The translations under genes and the position numbers were made by a program. 21,072 nucleotides of DNA from an archaeon (GTDB lineage: Archaea; Iainarchaeota; Iainarchaeia; Iainarchaeales; 1-14-0-10-31-34), in the NCBI GenBank assembly GCA_043819075.1, contig JBDRFE010000075.1, positions 1 through 21,072 on the forward strand, in the 5' to 3' direction. This document shows, one piece after another, positions 9,360-16,943 of the stretch. Positions within the stretch are counted from its first letter, which is position 1; every line of letters begins with the position of its first letter. The notes under the pieces are model-generated. The model saw only the letters and a list, made by a program, of their open reading frames with translations. It made no database searches and was not told where the DNA came from.

Positions 9360-10106
9360 ATGCAAGAATACGAAGAAGAAACAGAAGAGGAAGAAGAAGA
9401 GTTGAACAAAAACCTGGATGAAGACTTAAACCCTAACTTAAACAAAAACTTAAACAAAATTGTCGGCGTTGAATCAGAGGACTCAAATGGGAATACAGAA
9501 GAAAAAACCGGTGAAACAGAAGAAATGGAAAAAATAAAAGAAACAAAAAAAGAAGACACAGCAGAAAAAAAGCCAGAAGAAAAACAGGAAAAAGATTATT
9601 TTAAAGAAGAAAAAAAAATAGAAAAATTAAGGCAGTTAGTTGAAGCAATACTTTTTATGTCACCCCAGCCGATTGCATTAAAAGAAATAGCAGGACTCTG
9701 CGAAACAGGAGATTTAGAATTAATTTCAGAATTAATTGACGCACTAAAAAAAGACTTTATTGAAAGAAAAAGCGGGATAGAAATTGTAAGGGAAACAGAA
9801 GGCTACAGAATGCAGGTGTTAAGCGAACTGGAAGTAAAAGTTTCCCATTTAGCCGGGTCTTCAAGGTTCTCCAAAGGAGTAATGAAAACCCTTGCATACA
9901 TTGCATTCAAGCAGCCTGTAAAACAATCCACTATAATAAAATACAGGACAAACAAGGCATATGATGAAATAAAAATCCTGGAAGAACAGGGATTTATTTC
10001 CAGGGAAAAAGCAGGAACAACTTATGTAATCAAGACAACAAAAAAATTCCTGCAGTATTTCGGCGACAACCCAGTAAGGCTGACAAAAAACCCTGAATTT
10101 GAATGA
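9360..10106 (+). CDS. scpB: Segregation/condensation protein B with acidic N-terminal extension
   Basis: VEAILFMS..PI, TLAYIAFKQPV and TTKKFLQYFG. The first about 85 aa are E/K-rich low complexity. Confidence 0.9.
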   Translation: MQEYEEETEEEEEELNKNLDEDLNPNLNKNLNKIVGVESEDSNGNTEEKTGETEEMEKIKETKKEDTAEKKPEEKQEKDYFKEEKKIEKLRQLVEAILFMSPQPIALKEIAGLCETGDLELISELIDALKKDFIERKSGIEIVRETEGYRMQVLSELEVKVSHLAGSSRFSKGVMKTLAYIAFKQPVKQSTIIKYRTNKAYDEIKILEEQGFISREKAGTTYVIKTTKKFLQYFGDNPVRLTKNPEFE

Positions 10107-10109
10107 CAA

Positions 10110-10583
10110 CTATTTTTTTTTAAAGGTAAGCTCTAAAAAAGAATTATTTAAGTTAGAGGAAAAATTTCTTGGATTAATTTTTTCTTTCAGCAAAAGATTT
10201 CTTGAAAAACTTTTTTTCCTGGATTTAACCAGAACACTGTTTTCCGTTACATCAACAATTAAATCTTTTCTTGAAATGTTTTTCGGCAGCTCAAAAGAAA
10301 CAAGGACTTCTTCATCAAAATAATGGGCTTCTGCAAGGGAATTCTTAAGGTTTTTTGCAACAAACCTCTTGTCTAACTCAGTTTCTTTTTCTATTTCCCT
10401 GATTTCCTCTATTACAGGCACATCAGAGCCAAAATTGATTGTAAAACCCATCATAAAAGGCTGTTTTTCTTCAGGAAGCTTTTCCATCATTGAATTCATT
10501 AACTTGTCAAAGATTTCCTCAACTTCATCCAAGTCCATTGAAAATCCATTAACAGTTTTTTTCTTTTCAGCCATCCAACTCAT
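10110..10583 (-). CDS. Small heat-shock protein (Hsp20/alpha-crystallin-like), divergent
   Basis: Archaeal Hsp20-type GFTINFG segment, V..ELP.I...D..V.V and C-terminal NNSFLELTFKK. Confidence 0.7.
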   Translation of the reverse strand: MSWMAEKKKTVNGFSMDLDEVEEIFDKLMNSMMEKLPEEKQPFMMGFTINFGSDVPVIEEIREIEKETELDKRFVAKNLKNSLAEAHYFDEEVLVSFELPKNISRKDLIVDVTENSVLVKSRKKSFSRNLLLKEKINPRNFSSNLNNSFLELTFKKK

Positions 10584-10669
10584 CCCAAATTTACTAATCC
10601 TTCATTAGCCTTTTAAAGCTAACCAAAAAAAAGAAAGTTTTTATGTTTTGCTTTTCCGGAAAAAAAACA

Positions 10670-11320
10670 TTAGAATAATTTTTTCTGAAACTTTTTGTCC
10701 ATTGCTCTTTTTGATGTACTCCAGGAATTCCTTGCAAAATCAGGAAGCGAAGAATTAGATTTCACCCAGTCATCAAGGAATTTTGATGTAACTTCATCCC
10801 CTGGATAGCCGGAGCCAATGTTACCGTACTTTTTCGAGAGCTTTTTTATTTCATTATCCCTTTCAACTTTTGCTATAATCGATGCAGCAGAAACAACAGG
10901 GTAATTTAAGTCAGCTTTATGCTCTGACCTGATAATGCAGTCAAAAGAAAGATATCTTTTTATCCGTTCAGCAAAATTTTTTTCAATTACATCAGGGGAA
11001 TCAACAAAAACAATTTCAGGCTTTTCTTTCAGGTTATTCAATAAAAAGCCAATACGCATTGCCTCAATTTCATTCAAAGATTTTCTATCCCTCAGAAAAT
11101 CAATTTCTTTTGCTTCAACTTTAACAGAATTAAATTCTTTTGCAATAGCCTTGATTTCAATAAACTGCCTTTCCCTTTCTTTTGCAGTCAAAAGCTTTGA
11201 ATCTTTTACGCCTAATTCAACAAGCTTTTCCTCGTCTTTTTTGTGAATACAGCATACAGCTAAAACCATCGGGCCAAAAACCGGTCCGCGGCCGGCTTCA
11301 TCTATTCCTGCAATAAGCAT
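10670..11320 (-). CDS. rnhB: Ribonuclease HII
   Basis: GIDEAGRGPVFGP, GVKDSK, HKAD, VSAASIIAKVERD, GSGYP. Confidence 0.97.
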   Translation of the reverse strand: MLIAGIDEAGRGPVFGPMVLAVCCIHKKDEEKLVELGVKDSKLLTAKERERQFIEIKAIAKEFNSVKVEAKEIDFLRDRKSLNEIEAMRIGFLLNNLKEKPEIVFVDSPDVIEKNFAERIKRYLSFDCIIRSEHKADLNYPVVSAASIIAKVERDNEIKKLSKKYGNIGSGYPGDEVTSKFLDDWVKSNSSLPDFARNSWSTSKRAMDKKFQKKLF

Positions 11321-11456
11321 AATCTCTTTAAAAGAAAAAGCATGAAAAGCTTAATATGTTAATGCAGGAATGGAAAGAAAAGTTTGATTTAAAAGTATTC
11401 CGATACACAATTTTTTGAATATTAATCTGATTTTATTTGATTAAAGGGGTAACAAA

Positions 11457-11768
11457 ATGGAAATGACAATAAAGAATTTCAGAAGAGGAAGAAGAACACA
11501 ACAGACAAACCAGTTTGTTCTGGTATCAGATTCTGTTGACAGCAAGGCAAAAGCCTCAGCATTAATCGGACAAAAAGCTGAATGGACGACAACAAGCGGA
11601 AAAACAATTAAAGGAAAAATTTCAAGAGTTCACGGAAACAAAGGCGCAGTAATAGCTAGAATGGATAAAGGCCTGCCCGGAACAGCAATTGGAACAAAAA
11701 TCACAGTGAAAGAAAAAACACAGGCAAAAACAGCAGAGAAAAAAACAAAAAAAACTAAAACCAAATAA
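11457..11768 (+). CDS. rpl35ae: 50S ribosomal protein L35Ae
   Basis: NFRRG, GKISRVHGNKGAVIAR and GLPG.AIG motifs, with a Lys-rich tail. Confidence 0.9.
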   Translation: MEMTIKNFRRGRRTQQTNQFVLVSDSVDSKAKASALIGQKAEWTTTSGKTIKGKISRVHGNKGAVIARMDKGLPGTAIGTKITVKEKTQAKTAEKKTKKTKTK

Positions 11769-11780
11769 AAATTGGTTTAA

Positions 11781-12485
11781 ATGACTGAAAGTGAAAAAAA
11801 CTTTTTTGAAAAATGCATTTACACTGAAAAAGGATTTATTTCTTACGAAGAATTCTTTGCTTCAGATGAAGGAAAAAACCACATAAAAAAAAGAATGCAC
11901 ACTATTCTGAGATTCAAAAAAAAAGGAAATTTTCTTGATATCGGGTGCGCTTTTGGCTATTATTTAAAAGAAGCATCAAAAAACTTTAATGTATTCGGCG
12001 TAGATGTTTCAGGTTATGCAATAAAAAAAGCAAGAAAAACAGTTAACTGCCCTGAAACAAATTTAATTAAATGCAGTGCAGAAAAACTTCCGTTTAAAGA
12101 TAATTTTTTTGATGTAATTATTGCAGTTCATTCAATTGAACACATAAAAGATTACAGGAAAGTCCTGAAAGAATGCAGCAGAGTATTAAAAAAAGACGGG
12201 ATACTTTTTCTTGATTTTCCTACAAAATTATTTGAGTTCCCTCATTTCATTCCAGTAACAAAAAAAGAAGTATTTGAATTAAATAGTTTCCTGAAAAAAA
12301 TCGGGTTAGGAAACAAAATCCAGTTTATTTTTGACAAAACACATGTTTCTTCTCCTTTCCCCTGGAATGTTGCAAACGGAAAATACCTTAAGCCTTTTTT
12401 TGAAGTCATTGAAATAAAACCAGAAAAAAAATGGAAACAATTAATTTCATCAGGTTTTCAGATAATTGCAAAACCAGTTAAATAA
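11781..12485 (+). CDS. Class I SAM-dependent methyltransferase
   Basis: FLDIGCAFG, GVDVS, LPFKDNFFD, SIEH, RVLKKDG. Confidence 0.88.
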   Translation: MTESEKNFFEKCIYTEKGFISYEEFFASDEGKNHIKKRMHTILRFKKKGNFLDIGCAFGYYLKEASKNFNVFGVDVSGYAIKKARKTVNCPETNLIKCSAEKLPFKDNFFDVIIAVHSIEHIKDYRKVLKECSRVLKKDGILFLDFPTKLFEFPHFIPVTKKEVFELNSFLKKIGLGNKIQFIFDKTHVSSPFPWNVANGKYLKPFFEVIEIKPEKKWKQLISSGFQIIAKPVK

Positions 12486-12530
12486 AAACAAATAAATTTT
12501 TAAAAAAAAGAAAAAAAAAGGAAAACAGCT

Positions 12531-12698
12531 TTATTTCCTTCTAACTGATTTCCTTTTGGTTGTTCTTAACTTTGCTTTCACTGAAACTCTTGCAACAGTT
12601 CTTGTTTTTGCCTTAACTGTTTTGACAGTTTTTGGTGCAAAACCAAGATTTGCTTTCATTTCATTAAAGAAAGCTGTTATTCTTCCAATCTGGTCCAT
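12531..12698 (-). CDS. Small highly basic protein (55 aa)
   Basis: ATG 12698 with a GGAGGGA RBS and a TTTATAAA box at 12726-12733. 17 of 55 residues are K/R. Confidence 0.65.
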   Translation of the reverse strand: MDQIGRITAFFNEMKANLGFAPKTVKTVKAKTRTVARVSVKAKLRTTKRKSVRRK

Positions 12699-12772
12699 GT
12701 AATCCCTCCATTTCAAATATAAGAATTTATAAATATACATAACTTGTGAACAAAAAAAAGGAAAAAAAGGGG

Positions 12773-13681
12773 TTAAGCAACCACCTCAATGTTTAATCTT
12801 TTTTTAAGCTCTCTGTACCTGTTTCGGATTGTTACTTCTGTTACTCCGGCAACATTTGCAACTTCTTTTTGGGTTCTTCTTTCTCCTTTTAAAAGCCCTG
12901 CAATGTATACTGCTGCTGCAGCAACACCTGTTGGCCCTCTTCCAGAAATCAATCCGTTTCCAATTGCTTCTTCAAGAATTTTTCTTCCTTCTTCTTGTAC
13001 TTCACCTGAAAGATTTAATTCTGAAGCAAACCTTGGAATGTAGTGGATTGGATTAGTTAACGGAACCTCTAATTTTAATTCTCTTACTAAAAACCTGTAA
13101 GTTCTTCCGATTTCTTTTTTGGTTAAACCAGAGGCTTCAGCCATTTCATTTAATGTTCTTGGAACATGATAGGTTCTGCACACAGTGTATAAAACTGCTG
13201 CAACAACTGCTTCAATTAATCTTCCTCTAATCAGGCCTTTTTTCACTGTTTTTCTGTACAATAATGCAGCTGCTTCAACTAAAGAATCAGGAATGTTCAG
13301 GTATGAGGCAACTCTCCTTAATTCAGTCAAAGCAATTGACAAATTTCTTTGCATTGAACTTGAAATTGAAGCTCTTTTATGCCATTTAATCAGCCTGTAC
13401 ATCTGGGCCCTTGACTTTGCTGACAGCTTGTTTCCCCTTAAATCTGTTCCTCTTCTGTCAATCATTGTCACAAGGCCTTTGTTCAGCTTAACGTATTTCA
13501 TTGGACTTCCTGTTCTAGCTCTTTCTTCAAACTGGTCTGAGTCAAAACTCCTCCATTCTTTTCCCTGGTCTATTTCATCTTCTTCTATAATTAATCCGCA
13601 GTCCTTGCAGACTAATTCCCCTTTCTCTGCGTCTTTTCTTACATTCTTGCTCTTACATTCAGGACATTCAGTCACCATCAA
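12773..13681 (-). CDS. tfb: Transcription initiation factor IIB
   Basis: Zn ribbon CPEC...CKDCG, EWRSF B-reader, two cyclin repeats and GVTEVTIRNRY HTH. Confidence 0.97.
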   Translation of the reverse strand: MMVTECPECKSKNVRKDAEKGELVCKDCGLIIEEDEIDQGKEWRSFDSDQFEERARTGSPMKYVKLNKGLVTMIDRRGTDLRGNKLSAKSRAQMYRLIKWHKRASISSSMQRNLSIALTELRRVASYLNIPDSLVEAAALLYRKTVKKGLIRGRLIEAVVAAVLYTVCRTYHVPRTLNEMAEASGLTKKEIGRTYRFLVRELKLEVPLTNPIHYIPRFASELNLSGEVQEEGRKILEEAIGNGLISGRGPTGVAAAAVYIAGLLKGERRTQKEVANVAGVTEVTIRNRYRELKKRLNIEVVA

Positions 13682-13804
13682 AATCCACCTTCTTAATTAA
13701 ATCAAATGTATTGTTCTTCATATTACGAAAAATAAACGATAATAACACAAGGTAAAAATGAGAACGAATTAGTACATCACTATAATAAATAGCCCCATAA
13801 GAAG

Positions 13805-13820
13805 TATTTAAAGCTTTTGG
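13805..13820 (-). promoter_or_regulatory. Probable BRE-TATA promoter of tfb
   Basis: The minus strand reads CCAAAAGC-TTTAAATA, a canonical archaeal BRE plus TATA pointing toward tfb, about 125 bp from its start. Confidence 0.65.
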
Positions 13821-13827
13821 TTCAGCT
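13819..13827 (+). repeat. 9-bp target-site duplication GGTTCAGCT (left copy)
   Basis: Identical to 18362-18370 and directly abuts the left terminus. 9 bp is the TSD length of IS903. Confidence 0.8.
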
Positions 13828-13832
13828 GGCGT

Positions 13833-13880
13833 TGCACACAAAATGGATTTTGCACACAAAAAAAGGGTTTTGCACACAAA
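13833..13880 (+). repeat. Subterminal TGCACACAAA x3 (13833, 13851, 13871)
   Basis: Exact 10-mers at 18- and 20-bp spacing. Confidence 0.9.
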
Positions 13881-13923
13881 AAGAATGTGAGATAAAATGA
13901 ATTTAAAAGGAGGTGAAAACGCA

Positions 13924-14184
13924 ATGGAAAAGGATATAAACCAGAAAAACCTAATAAAAAACATGAATGAAAAAGGACAGAACATCACCACTAACAAAGT
14001 TCTTGGTTTTTTGATTTTGTTTTTTGGGGCATACATGTTATTTGTTTTATTTAACATAGTGACCCCCATCCCAGGATACACTGAATTTTTAATAAACAGT
14101 GGCTTTTCAGTTATTCCAGTTCTTCAATTTATTATTGGAGTTATATTGGTTTATTTTGGTTATAATCTCTTAAATGAGGCTTAA
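13924..14184 (+). CDS. Small membrane protein (2 TM), transposon cargo
   Basis: GGAGGTGA RBS before the in-frame ATG at 13924, and two hydrophobic segments. Confidence 0.7.
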   Translation: MEKDINQKNLIKNMNEKGQNITTNKVLGFLILFFGAYMLFVLFNIVTPIPGYTEFLINSGFSVIPVLQFIIGVILVYFGYNLLNEA

Positions 14185-14186
14185 AA

Positions 14187-14627
14187 ATGGACTGGGGGGA
14201 CTTAAAAAAACAAATACCAACAATTCTTCTTGGGTTCATTTTATTTTCAGCATTACAATTACTAGCTGAAGGAGATATTTTATCCATACTTTTTATATCT
14301 ATTGCATTTTTCTTGCTTTATTTATTTTTAGACTGGATAGTACCAAAAATAAACAAAAAACTTAGCTTTATTTACAAACTAAAAGACTTGCAAGAAGAAA
14401 ACAAAAAAATGAAAGAAGAGATAACTATTTTACAGAATGAAAATAATAAATTAAAAAATAAAATAAACAGTTCACGACCAGACTCTGTTGTTAAAACAGA
14501 ACCAGAATCTGAGTGGGTTAGCCCAATAACAATACACTTTGAAAAAATGTTTGAGAACTTTCAAGACTTACCCTATAAAATGTTAGGGTGGCAAAAAAGA
14601 AAAAAAATAAAGAAGAAAGAAGAATAA
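14187..14627 (+). CDS. Membrane protein (2 TM) with coiled coil, cargo
   Basis: Two N-terminal hydrophobic helices and the heptad region LQEENKKMKEEITILQNENNKL. Starts 2 bp after the previous stop. Confidence 0.75.
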   Translation: MDWGDLKKQIPTILLGFILFSALQLLAEGDILSILFISIAFFLLYLFLDWIVPKINKKLSFIYKLKDLQEENKKMKEEITILQNENNKLKNKINSSRPDSVVKTEPESEWVSPITIHFEKMFENFQDLPYKMLGWQKRKKIKKKEE

Positions 14628-14637
14628 ATTAATTGTT

Positions 14638-14666
14638 TGGACTGCTTGAACACACACAAACTTTGA
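14638..14666 (+). repeat. Imperfect direct repeat copy A (upstream of lipoprotein gene)
   Basis: TGGACTGCTTGAACACACACAAACTTTGA matches 15244-15271 at 24/29 positions with one gap. Confidence 0.7.
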
Positions 14667-14706
14667 AACCGAAAACCTAAAATACGAGTTAAAACTACAA
14701 TAAAGC

Positions 14707-15147
14707 GTGAAACAGTTAATTTTGATTGCATTAATTGGTTTGATTTTGTTTAGTGGTTGCAGTGAAATCGGAATTGATTTATCTAAGCCAGTTGATTGTG
14801 GAACCGATTTAAATTGCTTTGAGGAACATTTAAAGTATTGTGAAAAAGCAACAGTAGAATACACTGAAGAAGTTGGATTAGGGTATACATGGGTAAGTAT
14901 GGATGAAAGTTTTTTTACGCTTCCTGGAAGTAAAGCAAGTATTATAGAATTTAAATCACCACAAAGTTGGTGTTCTGTTTCATATACAAAAGTAAGGTTT
15001 TTGAAAAAAAAGGCGTATAGTATCAATGAAACAGAAATAGATGAAGTTTGGAATAAAGCTGAATGCAGGTGGGAAACAAATGAACCAGGAACCAAGTATT
15101 ACAGCAGAGAACCTGGTTTTAGAACGTGTGTGAGATTAAGAGATTAA
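14707..15147 (+). CDS. Cys-containing lipoprotein, cargo
   Basis: GTG start, signal peptide and lipobox LILFSG-C, and a DCGTDLNCF...C motif. Confidence 0.75.
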   Translation: MKQLILIALIGLILFSGCSEIGIDLSKPVDCGTDLNCFEEHLKYCEKATVEYTEEVGLGYTWVSMDESFFTLPGSKASIIEFKSPQSWCSVSYTKVRFLKKKAYSINETEIDEVWNKAECRWETNEPGTKYYSREPGFRTCVRLRD

Positions 15148-15243
15148 TTTTATCCTGTTAGCACTAAATTTCCTTTTTCATTTCTTCAATGATTAATTTC
15201 TTTTCCCCGTAACCAGCAGGAGCAATGTATAGTTTTGTTGTTG

Positions 15244-15271
15244 TGGGCTACTTGAACACACTCAACTCTGA
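15244..15271 (+). repeat. Imperfect direct repeat copy B (downstream of lipoprotein gene)
   Basis: TGGGCTACTTGAACACACTCAACTCTGA; see copy A. Confidence 0.7.
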
Positions 15272-15307
15272 TTTAAGCTTTTCTTTAAACAAATTTTAAA
15301 GGTAAAA

Positions 15308-15526
15308 ATGTCTTTAATGGAAAGAATTGAGTTGGCTGTTGCAGTTATTATTGGCGCTTTTTTTCTTTTATATTTTTATCTTACTGGCGATTATGTTGGT
15401 GCAATCACTGGTTTAGTTAATGGCATGGTTCCTTTGCTTGCAACTGTTTTAAGTTGGGTTGCAGGAAGCACAATTCTTGTTTTAATCGTTATTGCTGGTT
15501 ACTTGGTTTTAAGTAAAATGAAATAG
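15308..15526 (+). CDS. Small hydrophobic membrane protein (72 aa), cargo
   Basis: Almost entirely hydrophobic (2-3 TM), AAGGT before the ATG, basic C-terminus. Confidence 0.7.
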   Translation: MSLMERIELAVAVIIGAFFLLYFYLTGDYVGAITGLVNGMVPLLATVLSWVAGSTILVLIVIAGYLVLSKMK

Positions 15527-15528
15527 TT

Positions 15529-15690
15529 TTATTCTTTGTTTTCTTCTATTAGTGAATTTATGATTTTTTTCATTATAGACTCAAGAGAATTTTTTTTGTC
15601 TCTTGCATAAATTGTAGTGGTTTTAGATTTGCCTGACTCTAAATCAATTAATCTTAACCTATAATTTCCCTTTTGCCTGCCTACTTGCAT
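15529..15690 (-). CDS. Small hypothetical protein (53 aa), not in ORF track
   Basis: Manual translation MQVGRQKGNYRLRLIDLESGKSKTTTIYARDKKNSLESIMKKIINSLIEENKE. It fills the gap and converges 2 bp from the previous stop. Confidence 0.6.
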   Translation of the reverse strand: MQVGRQKGNYRLRLIDLESGKSKTTTIYARDKKNSLESIMKKIINSLIEENKE

Positions 15691-15731
15691 AAATATAATA
15701 TGTGGCTTTTTGGCATTTAAATTAACAAGAA

Positions 15732-15762
15732 CTTGTACAACGTTTTGTACAAGGTTTTTAAC
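15732..15762 (+). promoter_or_regulatory. Putative operator (TTGTACAA x2) adjoining a TATA-like box
   Basis: Palindromic 8-mer at 15733-15740 and 15745-15752, followed by GGTTTTTAAC, between divergent genes. Confidence 0.5.
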
Positions 15763-15786
15763 CTTTTAGTATTAACAAATCTTATT

Positions 15787-16047
15787 ATGCCTTTGCGTAA
15801 TAGAGAAGTTAGGTCAAATAGGACTACACAGAAAATTCAGACTTTGCAAGACCAAATGCGTCAATTGAAAAGGGATTATTTTTATTTGGAAAGCAAAATA
15901 GTACGCATCCAAGAAGCTTTATTGGATGTAGCAATATTCAAACGCAAAACACAATACATTCACTTACAAGACTTGTTAGATGCATTAGAAAAATATGCTT
16001 TAATAGAAAAAAATGTAACAGGAAAACCATACAAAACAAAAAAATAA
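15787..16047 (+). CDS. Coiled-coil hypothetical protein (86 aa), cargo
   Basis: The ATG at 15787 is preferred over TTG 15733, which overlaps the operator. Heptad pattern IQTLQDQMRQLKRD. Confidence 0.6.
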   Translation: MPLRNREVRSNRTTQKIQTLQDQMRQLKRDYFYLESKIVRIQEALLDVAIFKRKTQYIHLQDLLDALEKYALIEKNVTGKPYKTKK

Positions 16048-16060
16048 AAAAGAAGGGTGA

Positions 16061-16075
16061 AGGGCTTAACGCCCT
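16061..16075 (-). terminator. Possible terminator hairpin between convergent genes
   Basis: AGGGC-TTAAC-GCCCT stem-loop, with a T-rich tract about 10 nt further along the minus strand. Confidence 0.4.
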
Positions 16076-16374
16076 CAGAGTTTTTTTGCAAACTCTATTC
16101 CTTCATTAGTCCATTGAAAGGTGTTTGTTCTATGTTTCTTCAAAAGACCTGCTCTTATCATTCGGAGTAATACTTTTTTTGCTTGTTTACGCTGATTCTT
16201 GTCTACATGTCGTGTCATGTTTACTAGCTCAGCGTGTTTTTTTCTTGCAAACTTTAACTCTCCGATTACACATCTTTTGATTACAAACACATCCCAAGGG
16301 TCAATGAAAAAATCACCCTTGTTGGTTTCTGATATACCAACCACCTCCAAGAATTTTCTCGTTGGCTTAACCAC
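16075..16374 (-). CDS. Small basic winged-helix-like protein, cargo (start uncertain)
   Basis: C-terminal AKKVLLRMIRAGLLKK...FQWTNEG resembles a wHTH recognition helix and wing. Confidence 0.6.
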   Translation of the reverse strand: MVKPTRKFLEVVGISETNKGDFFIDPWDVFVIKRCVIGELKFARKKHAELVNMTRHVDKNQRKQAKKVLLRMIRAGLLKKHRTNTFQWTNEGIEFAKKL

Positions 16375-16495
16375 TTTGTGGTTGGCTTTTTTGCCTTAAA
16401 AGGCATTAGAATAATGCAACGTCATATTTAAATATGTTGTCATATAATATTATTTGAGAATGAGAATATGGTTTTCTGTATAGAAGCTCAAAAAA

Positions 16496-16512
16496 CCAAA
16501 AAGCTTTTATAT
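16496..16512 (+). promoter_or_regulatory. Probable BRE-TATA promoter for the wHTH gene
   Basis: CCAAAAAGC-TTTTATAT. Confidence 0.5.
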
Positions 16513-16624
16513 TCAAAGAGTCATAATATTTTCGTAAAAAAAAGTTTATGCAAAATTCTTGAAGTCGTGTCATGTTTACTAATTCTTAATATCACAAAAA
16601 TTGAGTTGAATGGAGTTGAGTTGA

Positions 16625-16930
16625 ATGGAAATTTCCTTTACCCACATAAAAGACCCGTTAATTAGAAAAAGAGTTGAGAGTGCAGTCCAGATTTTTGTAG
16701 AATCTGGAAAAGACACTGATACTTTGACTAAAAAGTTTATTTCAAAAAAAGGCAAGGGCACAATTTATGACATTGCAAAACATTTTGGTTGGACTGAAGG
16801 AAAAGCACAAGGCTCAATTAAAAGATTAGAAGAAGCCAAAATCATCAAGCAAATAAAAAGCGTAGAAGAAAATGGCAGAACAAAAAAATTCTATGTATTA
16901 AGAACTCTCCAAGAGTTGCTTGCCGATTAA
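16625..16930 (+). CDS. Winged-helix transcriptional regulator, cargo
   Basis: GTIYDIAKHFGWTEGKAQGSIKRLEEAKII...GRTKKFY, an ArsR/TrmB-like wHTH pattern. Confidence 0.75.
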   Translation: MEISFTHIKDPLIRKRVESAVQIFVESGKDTDTLTKKFISKKGKGTIYDIAKHFGWTEGKAQGSIKRLEEAKIIKQIKSVEENGRTKKFYVLRTLQELLAD

Positions 16931-16943
16931 TGAAAATATTTTT

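Noticed and set aside
9424..9459. 12-bp-period ACTTAAAC repeats in scpB
   Set aside because: In-frame low-complexity expansion (LNPNLNKNLNK) in a disordered tail.
13819..13835. 16/17-bp match with 18362-18378 as attL/attR of an integrase element
   Set aside because: No recombinase or tRNA is present. The match decomposes into a 9-bp TSD plus the similar GGCKTTGC termini of two elements.
13833..13880. TGCACACAAA repeats as a mini-CRISPR array
   Set aside because: 10-bp repeats with 8-10-bp gaps and no cas genes; their position at element ends explains them.
14583..15095. Long antisense ORFs (also 4688-5467, 5491-6201, 13185-13700, 13668-14081 and others)
   Set aside because: Shadows of well-supported genes on the opposite strand, with no motifs.
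15164..15247. Minus-strand reading PTTTKLYIAPAGYGEKKLIIEEMKKEI as a gene remnant
   Set aside because: Short, no plausible start codon and no recognisable family; cannot be supported.
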